64,000 nt of DNA from an uncultured cyanobacterium. Lineage in GTDB: Bacteria; Cyanobacteriota; Cyanobacteriia; Leptolyngbyales; Leptolyngbyaceae. Made by a program: the position numbers and the translations under genes. The notes below the pieces were generated by a model. The model did no database searches. It saw nothing but the letters and a program-made list of their open reading frames with translations, and was not told where the DNA came from. This document shows, one piece after another, positions 9,219 to 18,722 of this stretch; within the stretch, counting starts at the first letter, position 1; every line of letters begins with the position of its first letter. The DNA lies in contig CAVYAN010000061.1 of NCBI GenBank assembly GCA_963766075.1, forward strand, positions 64,001 through 128,000, written 5' to 3'.

Positions 9219-12161
9219 ATGGTGTCTGAAGGCGTTCTATTCCATCCAGAAACTGTTGTCTTCCACAATACTCTGCCAACGGCGGCGGTGGTTAGCTCGT
9301 CGTCCGCCTCACTTACCTTAGCCGCAGAACCAACCGCAGAGCCAACTGTTGTAGACCCTCCCACCACAATCACAGTGGCGGATTTTTCGTCAGATCAGGG
9401 CAAAGCCGCAGATCTGGGGGAACCACTATCGGTTGGTTTGGCTGAAGTCACACCACAATTAACTGCGGTTACCGTTCCCTCACCGCCTGAAACCCTAGAA
9501 GTCCTGCCTGAGTTTGCATTTGGGGTGCAGGCAGAACAGAAGTCCTCCATGGCTGCTGGTGCTATACCTCCAACTGATCAGCCCGCACCACTGCAAGGCG
9601 ATGATCGTCCAGTACCATCGTCGCCTCCGCCTATACCCATTACCCCGGCTATTCAAACCATTGACACCAAACCTTGGGCACCACTCCCGGTTGGAATCAT
9701 GGTAGGTGATCGTACGGTTATCCCTTCAACCCTGGTGCGAGGACAAGAAGATGGTAAGCAAGCAATTGACTTTAACCAATGGTTGATTTCCCTCGATGAC
9801 TTTGTGAAAGCGCTGAAATTCAACCAACGCATTTTAGATGACGGAGGATTGGAATTGCGATCACTCGGGCTGGCCATCCGCCTCCCACCCGATGTTTTAC
9901 GCCAAGATCCCGAACTCGGTACAGTACTGCCGATTGAGATAATCCAAACCCGGTTCAATATCCCGACCCGGTTTGATCTGCGCGAATATGCGATTCGCTT
10001 TGAGCCACCCTGGCTAGGCCGCGACCTATATCAGGCCAGCATTAAACCCATTCCCGTCATCACCGAGGGCTTACCCATCATTCCTGCTCCCACCCTCACC
10101 CTTACAGCAATTCAGGCAGAAACCAATATCACAGGAGAGCGAACATCCAAACACTCAGCGACCCGAATATCCAGCACGCTAACAGCCCTAGGGACTTTAG
10201 CTGGTGGTGGATGGGTCTTCAAGCTCAGCCAAGCCAATTTACTCAAACCGTCAACCTGGCAACTCTCTGAACTGCAATTCCTGCATCAAACTCCGACCCA
10301 TGATTTTGTTTTTGGTTCTCACGCCCCATTTTGGGCTAGCCGTAATGGCGGGAACTTTTGGGGGGCCACCTGGGTACAACGGCAGGGATTTACCACGACC
10401 AGTCCAACCGGAGGGGGATTTGATGCAATACAAAGAATACAGGCTGGGTTAATTGGTCGTACAGTATCCGGAGAAGCCGAACCTGGAACTTTGGTACAGC
10501 TAGTGGAAGGAGCGAGCGAGCGCGTCATTGCTGATACCCTAGTCGATACCTCCAGCATCTATCGATTTGAGAATATTCCTTCTAGTGGCTCCTATCGCCT
10601 CTTGCTCTATCCCAATGGCCGTCTCACAGCTCAACCGATAGTCCGCACCGCAAGCTTTATTACCTTGCCCACACAGTTACCAGCGGGAACCTCAGTAGTA
10701 ATGATCTCGACTGGACTGGGCAGGCAATTTCAATCTCCAGGAAACTGGCTAGGACAATTCACCAACTGGCGCAGTGGCCTGCTTTACCGTCGGGGAATAT
10801 CGGAGGATCTTACGGTGGGGCTTGGACTTGCATATGATCACACCCTATTGGGTCTAGCGGAGTTGTTTTATCAGCCTACGCAATTCCCTCTGCAACTTAC
10901 AGCGAAAACCTGGTTCGATCCGAATGCCAAACAACCTTGGCAACTGGAAGCTAATCTCCGCTGGCAACCCTCGCAAAAACTTGGCCTAAATCTGAGCCAC
11001 GATCACTTGTCTCAACGGGCAACTCTCGATTGGCAACTGAACCGTGACTGGTTTTTCAATGCCAAGGCTGACAGTCGAGAACATACTCTCGCTGCCGGTC
11101 TGCGGTTTTCCCGCAATATGCCGCAAGCTTCCCTATTTGCTAGCGTGGACTGGAATACCAAAAATGAATGGCGCTGGAATTTACGGGGAAGCTGGGGACG
11201 TTTCATATTCAGCCATCTTGGAACTGCCATTGGCACTAGCTCTGAACTTAGCTATCGATTTTTACCACAACACACCTTGGAGAGGGATAGCACACTTAGG
11301 CTCAATTATGAAACCCGTAACCTGAACGATCGCCACAACCAGTTAGCAACTTTGAGCTGGCGCTATCGCTCCCCTTCTCATAATGGTAGAGTGGCTTGGG
11401 AACTTGAGCTGGGTTATGGCTTAGGGTCACAAGGCCAAGGAATAATGGCATCAATCGGTACTGGCTTAATTCCTGGCATCATCCTGCGAGCACGCTATCA
11501 AGGGGTTGCATTAGATTCAGATCGCAGTAGTTTTCGGATCGAAATATCCCCCAGCTTTCAAGTGCAGAACGGCCTCAAACCAGCCAATTCAACCCTCGAT
11601 TCACTTCGGAGTCTCGGTGGTATCCAAGTTATTCCATTTTTTGATAGAAATGCTAACGCGCAACACGATTCCGGGGAAGACTCATATACCGACGATAGCA
11701 ACCTGCTCTTAGTTGTAAACAATCAACCCATCACAGCCTTGCGGCCTGATGTTAGCAAACATGATATATCACTCCACTTGCCTCCTGGGCGGTATCGACT
11801 TGATATTGACCCCGCAGGCTTACCGGTGGATTGGCAAGCTCCTACATCAGCCTATGGTGTTGAAGTTGTGGCAGGGAGCTATACACCTGTTTGGATTCCC
11901 CTCATTCGATCTTATACAATTTCTGGCATAGTGAAGGATGCCACTGGTATTCCCCTAGCCAACCGACAAGTGCAAGCAAGTTCAACCAACGGAAAGCAAA
12001 AAGTTATCTCTGTGAGTAATGCAGCGGGCGTATTTTTCCTAGAAGGGCTGAGCCAGGGAACTTATCAACTCACCATTAATGGTCATCCAGCATTTCCCGA
12101 CCTGTTGACGCTTGATAGTTCTTCTCCTCAGTTGAAAGAACTGGATATACAGCAGCGTTAG
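9219..12161 (+). CDS. Usher-like outer-membrane protein with C-terminal carboxypeptidase-regulatory-like domain
   Basis: 980 aa; G.AEPGTLVQLV plug-like region, YRRGISEDLTVGLG and alternating beta strands, PFFDRNAN..D.GE, L.PG.Y.L.IDP..LP, terminal G.FFLEGL..GTYQL; third gene of a chaperone-usher-like operon. Confidence 0.75.
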   Translation: MVSEGVLFHPETVVFHNTLPTAAVVSSSSASLTLAAEPTAEPTVVDPPTTITVADFSSDQGKAADLGEPLSVGLAEVTPQLTAVTVPSPPETLEVLPEFAFGVQAEQKSSMAAGAIPPTDQPAPLQGDDRPVPSSPPPIPITPAIQTIDTKPWAPLPVGIMVGDRTVIPSTLVRGQEDGKQAIDFNQWLISLDDFVKALKFNQRILDDGGLELRSLGLAIRLPPDVLRQDPELGTVLPIEIIQTRFNIPTRFDLREYAIRFEPPWLGRDLYQASIKPIPVITEGLPIIPAPTLTLTAIQAETNITGERTSKHSATRISSTLTALGTLAGGGWVFKLSQANLLKPSTWQLSELQFLHQTPTHDFVFGSHAPFWASRNGGNFWGATWVQRQGFTTTSPTGGGFDAIQRIQAGLIGRTVSGEAEPGTLVQLVEGASERVIADTLVDTSSIYRFENIPSSGSYRLLLYPNGRLTAQPIVRTASFITLPTQLPAGTSVVMISTGLGRQFQSPGNWLGQFTNWRSGLLYRRGISEDLTVGLGLAYDHTLLGLAELFYQPTQFPLQLTAKTWFDPNAKQPWQLEANLRWQPSQKLGLNLSHDHLSQRATLDWQLNRDWFFNAKADSREHTLAAGLRFSRNMPQASLFASVDWNTKNEWRWNLRGSWGRFIFSHLGTAIGTSSELSYRFLPQHTLERDSTLRLNYETRNLNDRHNQLATLSWRYRSPSHNGRVAWELELGYGLGSQGQGIMASIGTGLIPGIILRARYQGVALDSDRSSFRIEISPSFQVQNGLKPANSTLDSLRSLGGIQVIPFFDRNANAQHDSGEDSYTDDSNLLLVVNNQPITALRPDVSKHDISLHLPPGRYRLDIDPAGLPVDWQAPTSAYGVEVVAGSYTPVWIPLIRSYTISGIVKDATGIPLANRQVQASSTNGKQKVISVSNAAGVFFLEGLSQGTYQLTINGHPAFPDLLTLDSSSPQLKELDIQQR

Positions 12162-12470
12162 AGAATGACAGCTTATCCAAGATCTCAAAGTGAGTTCTAT
12201 TCTCATCTAATTCTTTTGCCTCTGCATTGATTTCTGCGTTGGTTGGAATTAGCCAAGAACGTTGCGCAGATTCCGGGACTTATCCATCTGTAACGCCATT
12301 TTCGTTTCTCACCCCGCTGGTATTTGCCCCACCACCCATGTCCTATCTTCACTCTAGCCAAAATGTTTTGCTCAGCTCCGTGGACGTGAGTGAAACATTT
12401 TGATGCCTACGACAATGCAAAATGACTACCGCTTAAATTTTATCTAATGAAAATAAATTGGGCAAATGGA

Positions 12471-13856
12471 CTATATGACTTCAACACGATCTCCACGATC
12501 ATCCAGACTCCGCATCCTCCCGATCTCCCTGAAGTCACTACTCAGGCTGTTGATCAGCCCCGCAATGCCCTCCACGGGAATTATCGGAGTTCCCAATTTA
12601 TCCGCCAAATCATCCACAGTCACATCATCTAAAAATCGCGTATCGCCCTGTTTAAGCATCAACGACGGCAATAAAATCGCATCACCCAAGTCACGATGCT
12701 GCAACGCCATTAATATATCCTGGCCCGTCAACAGCCCAGTGACGGTCATCGTTTGGCCCCAGTATTCACTGGCGATCGCCACCATCTGCACCTGCACCCC
12801 CTCCACCTGATTCAACCGTTGCACAATCGGCTGAAACGCCAACTCCACAGCATTCCCCACCACCCAGGTAAAGCGGCGTGGGACCACGATCGCACGCGGC
12901 AGTTCCGCCTGTTCAAAGTCCTTCAAAAATAGCCGAATCGAGCCTACGCCATTGCCAATTTGGGGATACTCCTCATAGTGGGATTCCGGCGGCAACTCCT
13001 GCCCCGCTAGCAAAAACCACTCATCCGCCAACCACACCACCGTCGCCCCCAACTGCTGCCGAAAGCACTCCTGTAACGCCTGCACCTGCACAATAATTTC
13101 CTGCGCTTTTTCCTGACTCACCGGAACCAGTTCATCCTGCTCCGGACGAAACCGCGTCAGGCCCACTGGCACCACCGCCACAGAAGCCACCGCTGGCACC
13201 TCGCCCTGGTGGAACTGGGCCAAGTCCGTCAACGTCCGGGTCAGATGCTCCCCGTCGTTAATACCGGGACAGAGCACCACCTGAGCATGGATTTGTAACC
13301 GCTGGGCTTGAAACCACCGCAACTGATCGAGCAATTGTCCTGCCCGAGGATTTTTCAACAGACGGGTTCTGATTTCTGGCTCCGTTGCATGCACCGAAAC
13401 ATACAGCGGGGAGAGGTGCATTTGGGCAATGCGATCGAATTCCTTTTGGCTGAGGTTGGTGAGCGTCAGGTAACTGCCGTAGAGAAAACTCAGACGATAG
13501 TCATCGTCTTTAAGATAGAGACTTTCGCGCTTTCCCGGCGGCTGCTGATCGATAAAGCAAAAGGGACAGCGGTTGTTGCATTGAATCAACCCATCAAAGA
13601 GAGCGGTGTCAAATTCCAAGCCCAGATCTTCATCGTAGGCTTTCTCAATCTGGATTTCGTGGCGTTTGCCAGACCCATCCAGCACCTCCAATTCCACCAC
13701 TTCATCGGCACATAGAAATTGGTAGTCAATCAGATCCCGTGGACGATCGCCATTAATGGTCACGATGCGATCGCCCACTTCAAACCCCATTTCTGCGGCA
13801 ATGGAACCTGGCAACACCGCCGTAATTAATGCTGGCCGAATCGAAGTTTCACTCAT
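12471..13856 (-). CDS. TIGR03279-type radical SAM/Fe-S protein (PDZ + DUF512)
   Basis: N-terminal PDZ (VLPGSIAAEMGFEVGD), CNNRCPFCF, KDDDYRLSFLYGSYLTLTN, YPQIGNGVG, VTGLLTGQD. Confidence 0.93.
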   Translation of the reverse strand: MSETSIRPALITAVLPGSIAAEMGFEVGDRIVTINGDRPRDLIDYQFLCADEVVELEVLDGSGKRHEIQIEKAYDEDLGLEFDTALFDGLIQCNNRCPFCFIDQQPPGKRESLYLKDDDYRLSFLYGSYLTLTNLSQKEFDRIAQMHLSPLYVSVHATEPEIRTRLLKNPRAGQLLDQLRWFQAQRLQIHAQVVLCPGINDGEHLTRTLTDLAQFHQGEVPAVASVAVVPVGLTRFRPEQDELVPVSQEKAQEIIVQVQALQECFRQQLGATVVWLADEWFLLAGQELPPESHYEEYPQIGNGVGSIRLFLKDFEQAELPRAIVVPRRFTWVVGNAVELAFQPIVQRLNQVEGVQVQMVAIASEYWGQTMTVTGLLTGQDILMALQHRDLGDAILLPSLMLKQGDTRFLDDVTVDDLADKLGTPIIPVEGIAGLINSLSSDFREIGRMRSLDDRGDRVEVI

Positions 13857-13889
13857 GCCGTTCTACCTACGCCACCCATTTCAATACAC

Positions 13890-14495
13890 TCATGCCCCGA
13901 CCGGCGGCAACAGATCCCGCACTGCCACCACACAATCCTCAAACGCCAACGGTGCCACCTCTAAGCTATCCGCCTCTAAACTATCTGCTAAAATCATTTG
14001 CTGTTGATAGCCCGGGGTATTGGCTTGCCGAAACACACGAGGCTGTCGAAAGACATAGAGTTGCCGCTTTTGTACATCTAGGACCCAGCATTCCTCAATA
14101 CCTGCCGCCGCATAGGCCGGGACCTTCACCTGGAGGTCGTAGTTCAAACTGGAATCCGCCACTTCAATCACCAGATGAATCTCCGCTGGAGTCGCATGGT
14201 GACTCGCATATTCCAATGGATCAAGGGCCAATAGCGCAATGTCTGGTTCTGGCTCCGAATCATCACTCAAATGAATCGGATCTTGAACTTGGATAATGGC
14301 ACGATTCACTAACCGCAGTTGAAACACCCGCATAATTCGCGTCGTTGCCGTCCGGTGAGCCGTCCCCTTAGCAATCATTGGCAGAATTTGTCCATACAGC
14401 AACTCCGTACGTTCCTCTGGCGGCAAAATCCCCAAATCCGACATCCGATGGTATTCCGTCACAGTGAAGCGTCGGGGTTGAATAACCAGATTCAT
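13890..14495 (-). CDS. Uma2 family endonuclease-like protein
   Basis: RRFTVTEYHRM...ELLYGQI..M, SEPEPDIAL, LVIEVADSSL.YD...K...YA.AGI.E.WV; GGAGGT before ATG 14495. Confidence 0.9.
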   Translation of the reverse strand: MNLVIQPRRFTVTEYHRMSDLGILPPEERTELLYGQILPMIAKGTAHRTATTRIMRVFQLRLVNRAIIQVQDPIHLSDDSEPEPDIALLALDPLEYASHHATPAEIHLVIEVADSSLNYDLQVKVPAYAAAGIEECWVLDVQKRQLYVFRQPRVFRQANTPGYQQQMILADSLEADSLEVAPLAFEDCVVAVRDLLPPVGA

Positions 14496-14733
14496 CACAT
14501 CAAATACCTCCCAGAAATCCTGAGTTCTAGAAACTAGAGGTTTAGAAACATTTAGAGACACTTCTACTTCCATGTAGACAGCCTCAGCATTGGTTAACGA
14601 CTCCGATATGGCCTGAGAGCAATAATTGCCACAGGTCATAGTCTCAATGAAGTGACGCTCTCAGGAGAGCCCCGCAGGAATTATACCTAGTGTAGCGCCT
14701 TTATACCATCCCCTCCAGCAAGGCTAGATATCC

Positions 14734-15657
14734 CTAATTGGGAAGCAATCCACGGGCGATCGCCCCCAAAAGCGCCGCCCCAAACGCCAAGCGATACCAA
14801 ACAAACACCCAATTGGTTTGCCGCTGCAAAAACTTCAGCAGCCACGCAATCGAGAGATAAGAAAACACAAAGGTAGAAACAATCCCCACCAGCAGTGGCA
14901 GGAACATGTGAGACTCCTTTAAAACATCCTTCGTTTGGACCAGCGTTGCGATCGCCAGCGTTGGCAAGCCCAGCAAAAACGAAAACCGCGCCGCCGTTTC
15001 CCGCTGCAACCCCAGAAACAGCCCCGTCGTCAGCGTTGATCCCGATCGCGAAGCCCCCGGCAGTAGGGCAATCATCTGGCCCAAACCCACCAAAATCCCA
15101 TCCTTCACCTGCAAATCATCAAATCCCCGCTGACGCGAGCCAACCTTCTCCGCCAAGCCCAGCAGCGTCGCCATCACAATCGACATCCCGGCAATCATCA
15201 AGGGGCTTTCCAATTCCACCTTCAACACCTTCAGCACCAATCCTCCTAACAGCGCCGGAATCGCCCCAATCGCAATCCCCAGAAACAGCTTCCATTCCTC
15301 GCGCTGCCAATCCTGCTGCTGAAATGCCGCCCAAGCTCCGCTGACAATTCTCTGGATATCTCGCCAGAAATAGATCACCACGGCAATCACACTGCCAAAC
15401 TGGATGCCATCCACAGCGGCCTTACTCCAAGTGGCATTCCAGCCGAAAACATCCCGAAAAATAATCAAATGAGCGGTGCTGCTAATCGGCAAAAACTCTG
15501 TAATCCCCTGGACAATGCCCAGGATAATCCCCTGGAAAATGCCCGTAACCCAGTTGGGGCCATCCACCATTGCCAACAGGGCTGACCCCAAAGCGGGTTC
15601 TTCCCAGGGCCCATGCCATAAACCTTCCAGCAGATTCATTCCATTCAAACCGATCAT
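14734..15657 (-). CDS. uppP: Undecaprenyl-diphosphate phosphatase
   Basis: GIVQGITEFLPISSTAH and ALLPGASRSGST motifs, AARFSFLL; start uncertain. Confidence 0.95.
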   Translation of the reverse strand: MIGLNGMNLLEGLWHGPWEEPALGSALLAMVDGPNWVTGIFQGIILGIVQGITEFLPISSTAHLIIFRDVFGWNATWSKAAVDGIQFGSVIAVVIYFWRDIQRIVSGAWAAFQQQDWQREEWKLFLGIAIGAIPALLGGLVLKVLKVELESPLMIAGMSIVMATLLGLAEKVGSRQRGFDDLQVKDGILVGLGQMIALLPGASRSGSTLTTGLFLGLQRETAARFSFLLGLPTLAIATLVQTKDVLKESHMFLPLLVGIVSTFVFSYLSIAWLLKFLQRQTNWVFVWYRLAFGAALLGAIARGLLPN

Positions 15658-15889
15658 ATTACTCACTGCTCCCAAAGAATCCCTATGCAGGCTACACCAG
15701 TTTCGATCGCCGCTCTGTCATTATGCAAATCCATTACATTTCCTTCCGGAGATTGTAAAGAATTGCCCAAGAATTCTCTAGCTGCCTCTGAATTATCGTT
15801 ATGTCAGCATGCCAGATTCGTCCCAGATCAGTTAGATTAACGGCAGTTTCATATCCCCCCCCCTCGGGATAACTCGAAGCGGGTATGAT

Positions 15890-16678
15890 ATGTTAAATAA
15901 AGTAAATAAAATGATAGAGCTGGGCGAAACACCCTTGATTTCCTACCTCCCCTCTCGCTCCTACGCCATCTCCGCTTGCCCAGACTCAACGGTCTCCAGT
16001 GAGCCCCTGTCCCGATCCGCCGCCGAGCCCGCCGCGATCGCCCAACGCAGCTTTGCCTTCGTCATGGCCGTGATCTTGGTATCCGGCCCTGTCTTCCTGG
16101 AAGCGCCCCTAGTGCGGTTTTTTCCCTGGCTGAGCCTAGCCCTTTCGCCCCTTTTGTTTTGGGGTGGCAAGCGATTGCTGGCAACACCAAAACACGGCCT
16201 CACGGGTGACTTGCTGATTGGCTTTGCCTGGACCTGGGTATCGGGATCGATTTACTGGGGTTGGTTTCGTTGGGAGCCGATTCTTCACCTCCCCATTGAA
16301 GCGATTGGATTACCCTTTGCCCTGTTCTGCATCGCCTGCAACTGGGGGAAAGTGGGCAATTTCTTCTATTTGGGATCGCTACTCGGCACGGCACTCACTG
16401 ATATCTATTTTTACCTCACTCACTTAATGCCCTATTGGCGCAGCCTGATGCGCGTTGAAGAGTCCGATCTAGCGGCACAGCTTTTCCACAATGCCCTGAG
16501 CCAAATCAATACCCCCTGGGGGGTAACCTGGGCGGCTCTTTTGGCGGCATTCTTGCTGGGGATCAGCTTTATGACTCTGCTGGCGACGAAGGAAACCCAC
16601 TGGTGGGCCTTTGGTGGCGCTGTCTTCAGCACAATTTTGGTTGATAGTCTGTTTGCGATCGCGGCGTTGGCCGCATGA
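15890..16678 (+). CDS. DUF3120 family membrane protein
   Basis: PVFLEAPLVR..PW, GDLLIGFAWTW..GSIYWGW.RWEP.LHLP.EAIGLP, FYLGSLLGTA.TD; start uncertain. Confidence 0.8.
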   Translation: MLNKVNKMIELGETPLISYLPSRSYAISACPDSTVSSEPLSRSAAEPAAIAQRSFAFVMAVILVSGPVFLEAPLVRFFPWLSLALSPLLFWGGKRLLATPKHGLTGDLLIGFAWTWVSGSIYWGWFRWEPILHLPIEAIGLPFALFCIACNWGKVGNFFYLGSLLGTALTDIYFYLTHLMPYWRSLMRVEESDLAAQLFHNALSQINTPWGVTWAALLAAFLLGISFMTLLATKETHWWAFGGAVFSTILVDSLFAIAALAA

Positions 16679-16955
16679 AGTTTGACCGATTGAAGCTTGA
16701 CCTACAGTTTGATCGCTGGACTTCTAGGGTCTGGATGTAGTCCCTCAGAAAGAATTTTGCCCACCCCAAAGACCGGTGGCAATTTTTGACTTAACTACGC
16801 CGAATTACTGAGAAATGTCCACTGCCCATAGAATTTCATAATTTCCGCGTATCTTGATAGAAGAGTCTTTATAATCAAGATTCCCGGTCAATGCTCGACT
16901 CAGATTTGCCTAGAAATTTGACCGTGTAAGAATCATCCATAACAGAGCGCGCTTC

Positions 16956-17951
16956 TTGCAGCCCGTGGTCACCCTACAACAATCTCCTTTTTTAATTCTT
17001 CGGACAGATTCTGGTGGTCGGCACTTGCCCCTGACCCAGGGTAACTGCTGGACATTGGGTCGTAGCGAGGAAAATAACTTTGTCTTGGCTGATCGCTGGA
17101 TTTCTCGGCACCACGCCATGCTGCAATGTATGGATACCGGGGACTTTTATTTAATTGATTTAGGCAGTCGCAACGGCTCTTTTGTGAATGGTCGTCGGGT
17201 GAGTATCCCGGTTATCCTCCGCAATGGCGATAGCCTGACCTTTGGGCAAACGGAACTGGAATTCCACTGTCCCACACGCCATCATTCCACCTATTCTCCC
17301 CAGCGGGAACGTGAGGTCACTGCCACGGCAGCACTGCATACGCGCAATCTGATTTCTGTTTTGGTCGTCAATATCCGCAACTTCACAGGCTTAACCCGTC
17401 AACTGGATGAAAAGATCCTGTCTGAGGTAATTGGGACGTGGTTCCGCCATGCGGGCGACATTATCCGCCAGCATGGGAGTTGGGTCGATAAGTACATTGG
17501 TGATGCCATCATGGCGGTTTGGATTCATGGCGCGGAAATCCGAGGGGATGAGATGCTCCCAATTTTCCGCGCCCTGACTGATTTAAATAAGGCGACGCAG
17601 GATCTTTATACGCTGTATCCCTTGCCTTTTCCCCTGCGGATTGGGGCCGGGATCAATACCGGCTATGCCATGGTGGGCAATACGGGCAGTGGCGATCGCC
17701 CGGATTACACCGCCCTTGGTGATACGGTTAATGCAGCCTTTCGCCTGGAAACATCGACCAAACAAATTGGTCTAGATGTGGCTTTGGGCGAAGTCACCTA
17801 TCAGCATTTAAGCGAGATCGGGGCTGAATCTTCCCATCTATTTAAGTCTCATACCGTGATTCTGAAGGGCTACGACGAGCCAACTCACGCCCATGCCTGT
17901 AGCTTTGAGGACGTGGAAACGTTTTTGCAAATGAAAGAAACAGGCCAATAG
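16956..17951 (+). CDS. FHA-domain class III adenylate cyclase (Cya1/CyaD-like)
   Basis: FHA motifs GRS..N, ISRHHA, DLGSRNGSFVNG; cyclase motifs VDKYIGDA, RIGAGINTG, DYTALGDTVNAAFRLE. First metal-binding Asp reads as Asn. Confidence 0.92.
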   Translation: MQPVVTLQQSPFLILRTDSGGRHLPLTQGNCWTLGRSEENNFVLADRWISRHHAMLQCMDTGDFYLIDLGSRNGSFVNGRRVSIPVILRNGDSLTFGQTELEFHCPTRHHSTYSPQREREVTATAALHTRNLISVLVVNIRNFTGLTRQLDEKILSEVIGTWFRHAGDIIRQHGSWVDKYIGDAIMAVWIHGAEIRGDEMLPIFRALTDLNKATQDLYTLYPLPFPLRIGAGINTGYAMVGNTGSGDRPDYTALGDTVNAAFRLETSTKQIGLDVALGEVTYQHLSEIGAESSHLFKSHTVILKGYDEPTHAHACSFEDVETFLQMKETGQ

Positions 17952-18096
17952 GATGCCAATAGAATAGGGACTTCGTAAACTTATGTAACGGCTTTCCTCA
18001 GCTAAGCCTCCCGTTGAGCAGATGGGATCCAGGAAATGATAGTCTCTAAGAAATGCTATGTATGGATTTCGCGCCACAGGACGGGAGGATTACTTT

Positions 18097-18540
18097 ATGA
18101 AACAGTTTTTGCGTCTATTAACAGTTTTTGCACTAGTGATTGGGGCTATGGGCTGGCTGGGTCTGTCCGAAAGCGCTATGGCAGCGAACCTAAATGGGGT
18201 GGTAGGGATGCGTTCCTTTGCTCCAGCACCGATTCTGGCGGTAGAGGAATTGCGCAATGTTCTGGAAGACAAAATGGCAACGGAGTTCGGGCAAAAAGTT
18301 GACCTGAATAACACCAATCTACGGGCATTCCGGCAATATCAAGGCTTGTATCCTAACTTGGCCGCAATCATTGTCAAAAACGCTCCCTATGAAAGCGTTG
18401 ACGACGTGCTAGAAATTCCTGGACTCACCGATCGCCAGATTGATCTATTGGAAGCCAACCTGGACAACTTCACGGTCACGGACGTTGAGCAAGCTCTGGT
18501 CGAGGGTGACGATTGCATCAACAACGGTATCTATCGCTAA
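18097..18540 (+). CDS. psbU: Photosystem II 12 kDa extrinsic protein PsbU
   Basis: Signal peptide, [46 protein letters not shown] end; GGAGG before ATG 18097; psbU-nadB order. Confidence 0.96.
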   Translation: MKQFLRLLTVFALVIGAMGWLGLSESAMAANLNGVVGMRSFAPAPILAVEELRNVLEDKMATEFGQKVDLNNTNLRAFRQYQGLYPNLAAIIVKNAPYESVDDVLEIPGLTDRQIDLLEANLDNFTVTDVEQALVEGDDCINNGIYR

Positions 18541-18602
18541 TGTGACGCGCTCGTTTGGTGCTAGGTTAGCTCGCTAACTTGGCGTTCTGGCATCATGCCG
18601 CA

Positions 18603-18652
18603 AAAGATTGCTCAATGCCCAAACTTGGGGTCAATGAGCAATCTTTGTTTTT
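18603..18652 (+). terminator. Rho-independent terminator after psbU
   Basis: AAAGATTGCTCA...TGAGCAATCTTT stem followed by T-rich GTTTTT. Confidence 0.65.
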
Positions 18653-18722
18653 AGAATTTTGTTTTTAGAATTTTTCAGTCACAACCGCGCCTCATGCTCC
18701 TTTCCTCCCCTCCTTTCTCCCC

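Noticed and set aside
12162..12470. Possible gene remnant at the right island border
   Set aside because: Only short open stretches with no recognisable family.
18508..18516. PsbU GDDC where GDDR is expected
   Set aside because: Single-base difference with no further support; could be an error or a neutral variant.
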